From the NCBI GenBank assembly GCA_951406725.2, contig OX597834.1, forward strand, positions 30,566,001-30,630,000: a stretch of 64,000 nt of DNA. Direction: 5' to 3'. The stretch is from Octopus vulgaris. Its lineage: Eukaryota. The number at the start of each line of letters is the position of its first letter. Positions within the stretch are counted from its first letter, which is position 1. This document shows, in pieces, positions 11,841 through 24,972 of this stretch. The notes below the pieces were generated by a model that saw only the letters and a list, made by a program, of their open reading frames with translations, did not search any database and was not told the DNA's origin. The position numbers and the translations under genes are program-made.

Positions 11841-13575
11841 TTCAAAATCATTAAGTTGTGAAACTGGTTAAGTAAATGTAATTATATTTTCTTAAAAAAT
11901 GTAAAGAACTTACTGTGGACAAGGCTGCATGGCATTCAATTACGAATTGTTGTTGAAAGCACAAAATGGGGAGTAGTAAAATAGTCGACATCAGACAAGG
12001 AGTTACCTTTTTTGTAGTATTTTGTCCTGTACTTATCTCTCGTGTGTTTAGGTATTTTTCATTCGTTGGTGATGTCCAGTACTCAATGTGTATTTTCTTC
12101 CAATCCTGTTAGAAACTAAAGATTCTGATGAAATGCATTCAGTCCAAGATAAAAATATCTACAATCATTATTGGATGAATTTAGATGGAATTTGCTGACA
12201 TTGATTTCCTGTATCAGAGCTGAAAGATCCTGCAATAACTACTATTCATGAAGGAATTCACACAGAAAAAAAAAGCCATATCAGTGTGAGATCTGAGGCA
12301 GACCATCCTCTCAAAAGGCATCACTGAATTAGGAATCAAAGTTATAACAACATGCAACTTCATCAAAGACCTCCTCCTCTCATTTCCTTCCCTTTTTATT
12401 CTAATCTAGAGTAGACCAACTTCTTATTTGCAGACTTCATGTATATAAAGGCCTCTGTCTTCCTTTGGGTTATATTTTTGCTGAGTGATGCCAGTGAAAG
12501 GGACCAGTGACATTCATTCATGTGACTGTGGTTTATATTCACGTAGTTGATGTCTGCCAATATTATGAAACATCTCTCTCTATCCGCTCAGTCGAAGTCG
12601 ATTCTCGGTCACTCGTTGGATCAGTGTCCTCCAGTCAGTTCTATCCTGGGCCGCTTCTTTCAGATTGGCTATGTCCATTCCAGTATCACTCTTGAAACAT
12701 AGACATTATATAAAGCATTATTATTGACTACATTTTCTGCGTTCCTTTTATTTATACAAAGGCGCGGGGACACACACACGAAATAATTCCTTTTTAGAAT
12801 TATTCAAAAGCCAATCATTCGAGAACAATCATCAGATATAATTAATTACTTACATCATGCAAATGGTCCAAATTCTTCTTCAGCCTTGAATAATTCTCCT
12901 TTCCAAACTTTCTAAACTTTGTCAAATTCTTCCATGAAGAACAAAACAGACAAGAATTATTAACAGCATCAGAGGATGTGGGGTTTATGAAAGAAAGAAC
13001 AGCAATGACAACACAAACAATAAATAAAGGTTCCAAACCATTTAAGATTGAAATAACAACGAAACAGCAAAAGGTTAGAAGTAAATTTATTAAATAGGAA
13101 TTTAAAAAAAAAAAAAAGAGGAGGAGGTGGAAGAAGGGGAGTGGGATTTGAAAATTCAAAGTTTTGTTTGAAGAGGATTTTAAATGTTTCTGATGATGGT
13201 TAGAGATTTTATTCTAGAAGCGGAGGGTAAGTTTTACTCTCCTCCTCCTCTCCCACCCCTCTGCTTTCAACTTCAGTTCCTCAAATCTTCAGTTTCTTTC
13301 TTTTTTTTTTTTGTTCTTTTTTTTTTGTCAAAGAATGGTTGTGGAACCAATAGAGGTGGCAGCTGAGTCATGTAAGAGCCAGAAGACAAATGTCCAAATA
13401 GAGAAAGACAAAAAAATGGAGTTGTTTTTTTTTTATGAATGAAGCATTAAAAATTATCATCATCATCATTATTATTATTTATATTTTTTTTTCTTTTTGA
13501 TAACCAACAATTTGGATGGAAAATGGCAATCAGCTTGCTAGATATGAAAAATCACTTTTCTTTCTTTTTTTTAAA

Positions 13576-13608
<33 letters not shown>

Positions 13609-14302
13609 TATATATACATACATATACATATATAAACATGGGTTATTTCCCCTTTCAAGCATTTTTTTTTGGAAATTTTTCAGTTTTTCACAGACATCAA
13701 AGAACACAAGAACTTAATTATTTTGTTGAATTATCCACATTAAAAAAAAAATTAATCACTTGTGGGTTTTTTTTTTTTTTGGGGTAAAAAGTGGGGTGTA
13801 AGGGTTGACATGTTTGTCTTTAGTTCACCCACCAAGTTTCTAAAGATACTTTGTTCAGGCTCCAGATAAGTGCTGACTGAGAGAGGACCTGCAATCAAAG
13901 GCATTCTAATGTAGCTTTGGTTATCCCATGTATCTATATACGAGCGTATATAAGAATACACAATGTCATGGATCCATTTCAGTCAATCTTTTCTTAACCA
14001 TGCTGCTATCTAAGATCTGGCTATTTAATACACGGTGCAAAACTGGTTGGCTATAATATGGCATACTGACAAAATATGATTGCACAAATATATGTTTATA
14101 TATATATATATACACACACAATTACAACCAACGACAATGGAGTAAGTGTTTTTATTATATTAATTGATCTTTGTTTCATTGGTTTTGATGTCATGAGTGT
14201 TACAAACTCTGGATTACTACCTGTCTGATAGCCTGGATCCATGGATGAACTTGATAGAGTAAAGTTCAGGGTTAAAACCCAAATGAAATTATTATATACC
14301 TA

Positions 14303-14339
<37 letters not shown>

Positions 14340-16334
14340 GGCCTTGCTTTTTGCTTTTCGAGCCAAAAAATTAACTAACTAACTAACTAACATATATATA
14401 TATATATATATAAAAAATCAGCCGAAATTGCAAGGATCATCCGGTTCTTGACTGAAGATTAGAGGCTTCGAATGACCCGTCTATTTTTTTGTGTCATCTA
14501 TTTGAATGTTTTGCGTTCTTGTCCCATTTTGTATTTTTATATATATATTTTTCATACATATACATATATATAGAGAGAGAGCCCAAGAATGGGGGCGATG
14601 GTATTGCATTTATTCCTTCACCATAATTACTGTTTCAACAGTAAATGGTCGTTCACACACATCATGAATATAATAACGACTAATACTACATGTAATCCAT
14701 GTTCATCCCATCAGAACCCCTCGGTTCTGATTTTGTGTGTGTGTGTCCTTGCTTAATCACAGGGGCAGCTGATATCACTAACCCCATTAATTGACTGGCA
14801 CTGTATTTTAACCCTGAAATGATGAATGGCAAATCTGACTGCAGTAGGATTTGAACTCAGAATTTAAAGAGTGAGTATAAATGCTGCTAAGCATTTCCTC
14901 TGCCACACTAATCATTCTGCCTTTTATTATGTATATTATATATAGATATGTAACCACACTGTGTCCTTCCTGTTTTGAGGTGGGATAAGAGGCAGGGAAA
15001 TATGCCTGCTATTTCTAGCAGATCAAACAACCATGTAGAGGTCCGTTTGTTGGTGTAAAGTTTCCCCCAGTATAAAAAGTGGCATTTAATCCTCAGAAGG
15101 AATAAAAGGATTTCAGTAGGATTTGAACCCAGTTTGGTTTGGATGGGTTATTTAGGTTATTTTGAAAATTCTGAAGTGTCTGGGAAGTAAACGCAGGACA
15201 AGATGTCAACTTGAAAAAGGCTTGAAAGAAGAAAAAAAGAAAGGAAAAAAAAGGGCCATATTTCATATGTAACAGACTGGTGATAACAAAATTTTATAAT
15301 ATTTGTTTATATGGAGGGCAAAAAAAAAACAAAACAAGCGAAGATGGCTTAAAATGAAGAATGAAATGGAATAAAAGGCAATATTTTAACTGAAGAACAA
15401 AGAAGAATTGAAGAAGAAGAATGAAGTGGAAGAATGAAGAAGAAAGAGAATGAAGAAAGAACAGCAAAAACTGGAGGAGGAGGAAGAGGAAGAAGGGAAA
15501 AAAAACAACAAAGTTTGATTGTAGGTCATCGTTAACAAAACATGTAAATTTTGAAAGAAAATGCAACAGAGTTTGTACAATTTAATATCTGAATTAATTA
15601 ATTAATTAATTAATAATTAGCGGTTTTTTTTTTTGTTTTTTAGAAAAATCAGTAACATAAACACATTTTTTTCTTCTAAGGAATATTTTACATCTTGCAA
15701 TAAAATCCTGAAAAAACATTTATATTTGTAAAATGTAAACATACATACACACATACACACACACAAACAAACAACATTACAGTCAAGTTTTATAATATAT
15801 TTGTGAAATGCAGCAGTTTAGAAGCAGGTGTGTGACACTCGATTATTTATTATCCATTTTCATTTTATTTTATAGAAGATATATATACATAATTTATAGT
15901 TAACAAGCTGGCTTCAAGGGGTGGGGGTTTGAATGTTCAGGCTTAAAAAAAAAAAAAAAAAATTTTATTCCCCCCCTCCATCACTTGGAGCCCTAAATTG
16001 ACAAAATAATAATAATAATAATAATAATATGGCTGGATAAATAATAGCAATTTTTAGCAGTAATAGGCTCAACTTAACAATAATTATTCCAAAAAAACAA
16101 CAAAGACCAAACAGAAAAAAATAAACAAAACAAAAATTGGTGAAACAAGTTGGCACTTCACACAGCTGTACGCATACATAACATTGTACCACCCCCTCTC
16201 ACACACACATTCCGTCATCTTGGTATGGTACCACCATCACACACATTTTTATGTCCATGGTGGTATGGAATGGATAGGAGAGTTTCCACACATTGTCTCC
16301 ACCTATCAATGTTACTTTGTCATATCTTTTGCAA

Positions 16335-17010
16335 AGTTCAGCATCCTGAGATCAAATCTCACCAACCAGTCTCCTGATCACACGATGTTAAACAGTAATA
16401 TCTCAATCATAAAATTCAAAGTTCAACATTCCAGAGATCAATGCTCACCAACCAACCAACCTCCTGATCACATAAGGGTGGGCAGTGAGATCTTGGTCAA
16501 GGGATGCTAAGCTCAGCATCAGTACATCAGTTTTCTCACTAAATTATTTCTTTTTCACACAACACTGAGCAGCGAGGTTGTGACCATGAGATGCCAAGTT
16601 CAAAATCAGCTCTCACCAACAAGTCCCTTAACTACACAAGGCTGAGCAGTGAAAATTTCATCAGGGGATGCTAAACTTAGCATTCTGAAATAGACTCACA
16701 GTGACCAAGAGATGTTAAGCTCAGCATCCCAAGATCAGGAGAAGTAAACTTCAGCATCCCCAAATCAGCTCTCACCAGTAAGGCTCCTGATCACAAGACA
16801 TTGAACCATGAGATCAGGATCAGGAGGTGATAAGTTCAACCTCCTATGGTCTGCTGTCACCAATCAGCTTTCTGATCACATGATGGTAAGATGAGATATC
16901 TTGATCAGGAGATGTTAAGGTCAGCATCCTGAGATCAGTTTCCCACTAACCTCTTGATCAAATGATGCTGAACAGTGAGATGTTGATGGATCAGAAGATG
17001 CTAAACTCTG
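16335..17010. repeat. Degenerate ~80-90 bp tandem repeat with internal dyads
   Basis: Roughly 7-8 units containing aagytcagcatcc..gatca, ctcaccaaccag, ctcctgatcac and tgatcaggagatg. Confidence 0.65.
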
Positions 17011-18559
17011 TATCTCGAGTTCTCCCTACTTTTGCTTGCATCTTCAGTCTTCCACTTTCTACCAGCATCACTCTCTTCCACCCAGCCATTAACCAACCAG
17101 CCTCCATTCTCTCTGTGTCCATCCCATTGCATTCTTCTCTCTTGTAACACAGCAGGGAATACTTCTGATTCTCCCTCCATCTCCTCCCACCAGAAGAAAA
17201 ACAAAGGACACAGCCACAGCTGGCCATCACTCACAAACGAATGTGGCTTGGTAACATGTATCCCGCTTTCACAAACTGTTTTAGGTGCCTGTGTAGTCGT
17301 GAGCAGACACAGATATCCTCTCATTCCTCGAAGGAAACCTGAAGGATGTGATAGTTGAAGGGAGACAGATGGCTGCCCTAGCATTTAGCTGACATTTTTT
17401 TTTTCCAGCCAAGCAGACTGGAATAACGTGAAATGAAGTACATTGCTCAAAGATACAATGCACGATCATGAGGTCAAGACCCCTCTGACCCTGTAACCAC
17501 AAGGTCACATATCTTTCTTATGTCAAAGCAACACATAACTTGGTAATTCTGGTTCCAATCCCATCTCACACACACACACACACACACAGCAATTAAAGTT
17601 TAAAAATCAGCAGAAAAAATGGTTTTCTTTCGTTTTTCTTTCATTTGCGGTTTTTAACAAGATTGCTCATTTTATATTAAATATATATACACAAGCTTCC
17701 CAAAGAAAAACAGATTAAGAGAAGAGGGGGGGAGGGGTTGTAGAGCGAGGGCAGGAGAAAAAGATGTCCACTTTGAATGAATACACAGCAGAATACAAAA
17801 GAGCTTAAGTTAATTATGAAGATCAGATATCTTAACAGGCAACTGGAGATGGAAGTTGGGGTAGGATACCCTCACTTTACAGATCAAAGACATTATTTGG
17901 TAGAAATGATGCAAATGTTTGTAAGCATACCAACTCCTTTGTACTTAGATTTAGAGTAAAGACTAAGCTTAACACAGGGTGAGCAACTTCAGGGGTGGGC
18001 CTTAGTGAAGACCAGAAACCCCAGTATTTTACTGATAATTTCTTTTTAAAGGCAAAGTTGACAGTGGCAGAATTTGAATTCAGAATACAGAGAGCCAGAA
18101 GAGATTCCATTAGACACAAAGCCAGTAATTTTGAGACGAGGTTGGGGGTTAATCAGTACCACCAACACCAGTTTATGACAGGTATATATTTGATTAACCC
18201 CCCACCCACCCTTGGAAAAGGGTGAAGCACAAAATTGTCTGTGGCAGAATGAGAACTCAGAACTAGAAACAAAAGATAAGACAAACCTTATAAAGTTTGC
18301 TAAGCAAAGAATTTAGTTGAAAGCTCTCCCTCACTTTCTCTACCCCGATTCAGCCCTACCCTGATTTGGCCATCACATAAATCAAGGATATCTCACAGAC
18401 ATATGACACCTCCAATTTGCAGGAGACTAAATATGGGAATGTATGATATTCATGCCTTTCTCACCATCATTAATGGCCAAATTAAATGGTTCTAATTGGG
18501 AAGAGGGATCGAAATTGAAACTAGGGATTCAGATCAACAAGAACTCTGCTTCAAACCAG

Positions 18560-20995
18560 AATTGTTAGAATGCCAGACAAAATGTTTCGCAGTATTTCGA
18601 GTTCAAATCCTCGTAAAGTCACCTTTGCTTTTCACCCTTTTGTCAATGAAATAAAGCACAGGTGAAGTATTGGGAGTCAATTCAAATTGACCCCTACTTG
18701 CCACCACCAACATTATTGGCCTTGTACCTAAATCAGAGATCAGAATTAAGATACAAGGTCAGTACTAGAGAGAGGAGGGAGAGTTGTGAAATCCTGTAGT
18801 AGTAGTAGCAGCAGCAGCAGCAGTGTTTCTAATTTAGGCATCAGGAGAGCAATTTTGAGTAAAGTTGGGGTCAGTTGACAGTATCAGCCCCTGTACTTGA
18901 CTGGTATTGTGTTTTATCAACCCTAGAAGGATGAAAAACAAATTTAACCATGACGGTATCTGAACTAAGGATGTTAAGGGCCAGAAGTAGTAATAATGAT
19001 AAGTCTTTCTAATTTACATACAAGGTCATCATCAATGTTGAGGGGAAGGGTAAATTGATATCATCAACCCCAGTGTCCAACTGGTACCTATTCTATTGAG
19101 CCCCGAAAGGATGAAAGGCAAAGTCAACCTTGGTGGGGTTTGAACTCAGAATGCAAGAAATGCTGCTTAGCATTCTGTCCAATAAAGGTTCAGCCAGCTC
19201 AATGCCATAATCCGCCCTTCTGCTTTTGGCACAAAGCCTGAAATTTGGTGGGGTGGGGACTACCTGATTACACCAACCCCAATGCTTGACCGATACCATC
19301 TTATCGACCCCTAAAAGGATGAAAGCAAAGTTGACCTCAGCAGCATTTGAACTCTGAATGTAAAGATGGACAAAATTCCGCTAAGTATTTTGTCCAGCAT
19401 GCTAACCATTCTGCCAACTCGCAGCCTTAATAATAATAATAATAATAATAATAATCCTTTCTACTAAAGGTACAAGGCCTGAAATTTTGAGTGGAGGTGG
19501 GAGTTGATTACACTGACAGCCCCAAGTACACATCTGGTACTTATTTCATCGACCCCTGAAAGGATGAAAGGTAAAGGTGACCTCGGTGGAATTTGAACTC
19601 AGAACGTAAAGATGAATGACATGCTGCTGCTGATGAGCATTTTGTCCAGTGTCCCAAGGATCTGGTCAGCTCACCATTAATAATAATAATAATAAAAATT
19701 TATGTCACAAAAACAAAAAAATAGTGAAAGAAGAAAACAGATTAAACAAAGGAGGAAGTTGGTGAAGCTTGAGTTACAAAAAAAAAACTGTCCCTCACCC
19801 CCACCTTGCACCCACAAGTATTGCACATAACACTAATTCTCTTGAGAAAGATTTCAAGGACATTTAGTTCCTTTTCATTTCCCCAACCCACCCATCCACC
19901 CAGAACTCATCATCTCTGGTCTTAGTCTAACACCATTTGGTTTTGAGAAGCACATGGCTGCTATTTCTAGCATACTGGTCGAACAAGGATGTCGAAGTCG
20001 CCCTTACTGGAGCAATTACATAATATTTACCAGCATCATGTCCTGGTAGATAAAGTTATCAGCAAGCTAAAGCATGATGACCTCAAGGTTACCATGGAAA
20101 CACAAGGATTCCACAAATGCTGTGAGGTTATTAAAAGGTAAAAAAAAAAGGGCGGGGACAATTTAGCAGTGAACAGTAGCAAAAATAAGGCTACATTTCA
20201 TAATCAGCAGCTAAATTGCATCTGCAATAATGAATATGCAGACTACAAATGCACCAATGCCTACCAGCATGCAAGCTGAAAAATATCAAAGAATTTAATA
20301 ATAATAATAATAACAATAGTAATATTGGTTTTAAATTTTGGTACAAGGCCAGCAATTTTAGGGGAGCAGTAAGTGAATTACATCGACCCCAGTGTTTAAC
20401 TGGTACTTTATTTTATTGACCTTTGAAAAGATGGAAGATAACATTGGCCTTGGTGGAATTTGAACTCAGAGTGTAAAGATCCAGAGGAAGTGTGCTGCTA
20501 AGTATTTTCTCCAGCTTGCTAACGATTCTGCCAGCTCACCACTGATCAAAAATAATAATCCTTTTGTCTAAAGGTGCACAAGGCCTGAAATTTGGTGGGA
20601 GGGGTCTAGTCAATTATAATTGACCCTAGTGACCAACTGGTACTTATTTCATTGACCCCCAAAAGGAGGAAAGGCAAAGATAACCCTGGCAGTATTTGAA
20701 CTCGGAACATAGATGGACGAAATGCCATGAAGCATTTTGTTTGGCAGACTAACATTTTTGCCAGCTTGCAAAATAACCCTTTCTACTATAGGTACAAGGT
20801 CTGGAATTTGTGGGGAGGGGGATAGGCAATCACACTGACCCCAGTACTCAACTGGTACTTAATTTATCGACCCCAAAAGGATGAAGGGCAAAGTCAACCT
20901 TAGTGGAATTTGAACTCAGAACGTAAGGATGGGCAAAATGCCGCTTAGCATTTCACCCAGCATGCTAACAATTGTGACAGCTTGCTGCCTTATTA
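18560..20995 (-). mobile_element. Cluster of ~8 decayed family-B SINEs separated by (TAA)n
   Basis: Repeated gacccc-aaaggatgaaaggcaaagtcaacct-ggaatttgaactcagaa blocks, mostly on -, with one + copy at ~18560-18740. Confidence 0.75.
20088..20101. promoter_or_regulatory. Canonical RFX X-box motif
   Basis: GTTACCATGGAAAC matches the GTHNYYATRRNAAC consensus; lies in unique sequence between SINEs. Function not shown. Confidence 0.3.
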
Positions 20996-21527
20996 ATGAT
21001 AATAATAATAACAAAACAGCTTAAGATTGTCTGCAAATCAGAAAAAGAAGAAAACATCCCAATGACAATAACAAAATCAATGAATTGTACAGTCGGGCTT
21101 GTTACTGTTAGTGGTGGTGGTCATGGCGTTGTTGTCTGTTGTGATGCTGGTTGTGGTGGTTTTAGTGATTGTGGTGTTGGTTTTTTAAAAAAAATCTCAT
21201 TCATGGCATAAGTCAATTGATAAAAGAACTGAAAACAAATAATTCTTCAGTTCTTTAGTGCTGTGGTGCACTCGACCACAATGTCATTCAAGTCTCGTTC
21301 TCTCTCTTTCAATCTTTTTTTTCTCTTTCTTTTTCATTCTCCTTTCTCTCCACTCAACCGTTACAAGCCACCACACACCATTGCTTTTCTGTCCCAAGTC
21401 GTGCTTGGTTGGTGATGCAAATGTTGATGTTAAAGCGAGGCAGCGTATACACCACCCTGCTCCCCCACCCCTGCAACCAAGAGGAGAGAGAGCAGTTGAA
21501 GAATGTCTCCTTAGTAAAGAAATTTAC

Positions 21528-21641
21528 TTAGAGTCTGCCGAGAGATTGTGTTGAACCATATAACTCTTTGTATTCTTGCAGCTGATGTGGTGTTCCAGAC
21601 CCAAGGATATTCTCTAGAGTCTCAAGCTCTAATTCTTTGTC
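21528..21641 (-). CDS. CNKSR2: CNK/CNKSR (connector enhancer of KSR) terminal coding exon
   Basis: (tc)n-caacag|GAC AAA...CTC TAA; DKELELETLENILGSGTPHQLQEYKELYGSTQSLGRL*. Continues the coiled coil similar to CNKSR2 [22 protein letters not shown]. Confidence 0.85.
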   Translation of the reverse strand, partial: DKELELETLENILGSGTPHQLQEYKELYGSTQSLGRL

Positions 21642-21970
21642 CTGTTGAGAGAGAGAGAGAGAGAGAGAGAGAAAAGAAATATTAGTCTGAAAAGGAAGGA
21701 GTGCAGAGTAAATAAGTGAGGAGAAATAAATGTGCTCCTGGATAGGGCACTAGTCTATCACAGGCAGCATTCCCTGCATGATCCAGTTGTACTTATTGCT
21801 ACAACGAGCAACTAGGACGAAATGAAGTTATGTTGTATATAGTGTATTGTTACAGAGACACTGTGATGAGAGAAAAATCTCCTCCTGGAAGTGACCTTAG
21901 GCTACCATAAGACATATTCCCCAGATGATCTGGTAGTACTTATTCCTACCTAGAGTGTATTAATGCAGAA

Positions 21971-22500
21971 TCATCATCATCATCATCGTTTAGCGTCCGC
22001 TTTCCATGCTGGCATGGGTTGGACGGTTGAACTGGGGTCTGTGAAGCCCGAAGGCTGCACCAGGCCCAGTCTGATCTGGCAGTGTTTCTACGGCTGGATG
22101 CGCTTCCTAATGCCAACTACTCCATGAGTGTAGTGGGTGCTTTTTACGTGACACCGGCACGGAGGCCAGGCGAGGCTGGCAACGGCCACGATCGGATGGT
22201 GCTTTTTATGAGCCACCGGTACGGAGGCCAGTCAGGGCGGCGCTGGCAACGGCCACGTTCGGACGGTTCTCTTATGTGCCACTGGCACTGGTATCACAGC
22301 TACAATTTCCATTGATGTTGATCGATTTTGATTTTGATTTGATTTTCACTTGCCTCAACAGGTCTTCACAAGTAGAGTTTTGTGTCTCAAGAAGGAAAGG
22401 TGTGCATAAGTGGACTGAGGCCATGGGTTATGGTCTCACTTGTCCTGTCGGGTCTTCTCACGCACAGCATACTTCCAAAGGTCTAGGTCTCTAGTCATTG
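21971..22500 (-). mobile_element. SINE family C with internal ~60-65 bp tandem repeats
   Basis: (cat)n tail, ggctggatgc core, repeated gctggcaacggccacg(a/t)tcgga(t/c)ggt units. Confidence 0.75.
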
Positions 22501-23269
22501 GGAGATAAGGCTCTCCCTGGATAGGGCATTGTTGTCTCAATGCTGTCTCCTGATCTGGTGATATTATTGGCAGTTATGTGTAGTGAGGGACATAGTAAGG
22601 CATCACAGAGACACTAATGAAAGATAAACTGATATCTGGGGTTATCTATAATTGCTAGTATATGGAATGTAGAATATAATGTAAAGCATGAGAAACGCCG
22701 TAGCGAGAGATAAAGCTCTCGACAGGGCAGTTTTATATTTTCAGTAGTAACAGCAAAGGGAGATAACATTTGATTAACCAAGGGAAGATAATTCATAAAA
22801 CTTGCGTGATATTTTGTCAGATTGGCGTGAGACAAAAAAGTTAACACTGTCTTCATATATAATGGACATAAAATATTGCCCTCAAGTCAGGGGTCAAGAA
22901 AACCGAACCATTAAATTCTGTTATCTACAGAGCCACCAGTTATGCTGGAGGATAGTATAGAACAGTTTCACTTACGGTGTTGCAACACGACTGCATGGCT
23001 GAGATGTGTGTGTGTGTGTGTGTGTGTGTGTATGCATGTATTCCATAAGGGAAATAACTCCGTGTTCTGTCAGGATTGAGATTTTGGCTGATATTTTTAG
23101 TTGGACGACAAAATTAAGGCCCTCTCATTGATACAGCAAAAAAAAAAACCCTGCTATTTTAACCCTACCTCAGCTCTAGCCGAAAACACCTTTAATTAAA
23201 AGTATTGTGCTTCTTGTGCATCCAAATGTGCTATTCCATTTTTTTTCTATTAAGATGCTACGACGTGTT

Positions 23270-23495
23270 TTTAACCCTTTCATTACCAACCTGGCCAAAA
23301 CCGGCTCTATCTCTGAGTACAAATGTCTCGTTTTAATAAGTTTTGAATTGAAATCGTCCACCAAACCTTAGTCACAATTTATGTTTCTAACACTAGCTTA
23401 ATGATAACTAAGTTATTTTACTAAATTCTTTGTTATATTTAAAGTAATTGAATGAAACACAGAGCATCTCAAAATAAATACAGTAACGAAAGGAG
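23270..23495. mobile_element. piggyBac-type MITE (second family)
   Basis: ttaa+ccctttcattac at the left end and gtaacgaaagg at the right; interior similar to 53252-53650 and 53879-54035. Confidence 0.55.
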
Positions 23496-23774
23496 AATTT
23501 TCAGACATACAACTCGAGATTTTTAGCTGAATATTTACAGAGAAAAGAAAAAGTTGGTCGACCTTAGAGGACCAAAATCTCCTTGTGTAATGTAGCAAGA
23601 TTTGATATAAGACTATGACGATGTTTGAATGTTTACGCTATATGAAATATCGGCGAGTGTATAGGAAAATACACCAGCTGCTATTTCTAGCAAGTCAAGT
23701 AAACACAGTAACCCCCTTCGTTGTTTCTGCAAGAGAAAGGGGGAAGGGTGAGTTAATGAAGGGAGATCACTGAC

Positions 23775-23965
23775 CTTTAATGACCGTTTCAATATACAGA
23801 TTCTTTTCATTCTATCGATTTGCTCGTCAGAGACCGTCATTTTCATGTCGGCCGACTGGATGTGACTCCTCCGCCGCTGGTTTCGATCTGTTCCAACAAT
23901 AGTGAGATTCCGTCTTTCGAGTTGTCTGTACAGTTCCTTTAAGTCGTCATTACTGCTGTCGTAAT
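23775..23965 (-). CDS. CNKSR2: CNK exon (C-terminal region, start of coiled coil)
   Basis: tttgcattgtag|AT TAC...TTA AAG|gtcagt; DYDSSNDDLKELYRQLERRNLTIVGTDRNQRRRSHIQSADMKMTVSDEQIDRMKRICILKRSLK. Phases 1/0 fit both neighbours. Confidence 0.88.
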
Positions 23966-23996
23966 CTACAATGCAAATCATCATCATTATCAGCAT

Positions 23997-24396
23997 ACTC
24001 TTTACTTGTTTCAGTCATTTGACTGCGGCCATGCTGGAGCACCGCCTTTAGTCGAGCAAATCGACCCCGGGACTCATTCTTTTGTAAGCCCAGTACTTAT
24101 TCTATCGGTCTCTTTTTGCCGAACCGCTAAGTAACGGGGACGTAAACACACCAGCATCGGTTGTCAAGCAATGCTAGGGGGACAAACACAGACACACAAA
24201 CATACATATATATATATATATATACATATATACGACAGGCTTCTTTCAGTTTCCGTCTACCAAATCCACTCACAAGGCATTGGTCAGCCCGGGGCTATAG
24301 CAGAAGACACTTTCCCAAGATGCCACGCAGTGGGACTGAACCCGGAACCATGTGGTTGGTTAGCAAGCTACTTACCAGACAGCCACTCCTGCGCCT
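23997..24396 (-). mobile_element. CORE-SINE family A, full length, ~30 bp from a splice acceptor
   Basis: Near-identical to the other family-A copies. Confidence 0.85.
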
Positions 24397-24420
24397 AGCA
24401 TAATCATAATCGTCTTCAAT

Positions 24421-24690
24421 CATCATCATCGTTTAACGTCCGTTCTCCATGCTAGCATGGGTTGGACGGTTCGACTGGGGATCTGGGAAGCCAGAAGGCT
24501 GCACCAGGCTCCGGTCTTATCTGGCAATGTTTCTACAGCTGGATGCCCTTCCTAACGCCAACCACTCCGTGAGTGTAGTGGGTGCTTTTTACGTGCCACC
24601 TGCACTGGTGCCAGGCGAGGCTGGCATCGGCCACGGTCGGATTGGTGCATTTTACGTGCCACCTGCACAGAAGCCAGTCGAGGCGGCACG
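24421..24690 (-). mobile_element. SINE family C
   Basis: (cat)n tail, agctggatgcccttcctaacgccaacc core. Confidence 0.75.
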
Positions 24691-24972
24691 TTTTAACGAA
24701 TGCACAAATCAACAGCACGTTAACATCTTCTTCCCCCCACCCCCACCACCACCACTGTGCGTGCGTGCGCACATGCATGTCCATCCATGTTTGTGCATTT
24801 ATGCATATGTGGTTGTGATTTCCCATTAGAGCAGATCAAAGATGACCAACACCAAATATATGAAGTTGTGGCATTCCTTCATCAGACACTCTACACAGTT
24901 TCCTAAAGTGGAATAAAGAAAAGGTTGTTTGTAAATCCCACACCTCTCTAGCCTTTCTGATGAACAGAAAAA

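Noticed and set aside
14420-14480. CTGAAGA near (TA)n as a hammerhead core
   Set aside because: No correctly placed GAAA or stems could be assembled; CTGATGA hits at ~24885 and ~24957 are similarly incomplete.
22976-22990. 15-nt in-frame CNK microexon (SCCNT) with cag/gtaagt borders
   Set aside because: No polypyrimidine tract (preceded by (CA)n) and it would interrupt the conserved coiled coil; would need junction reads.
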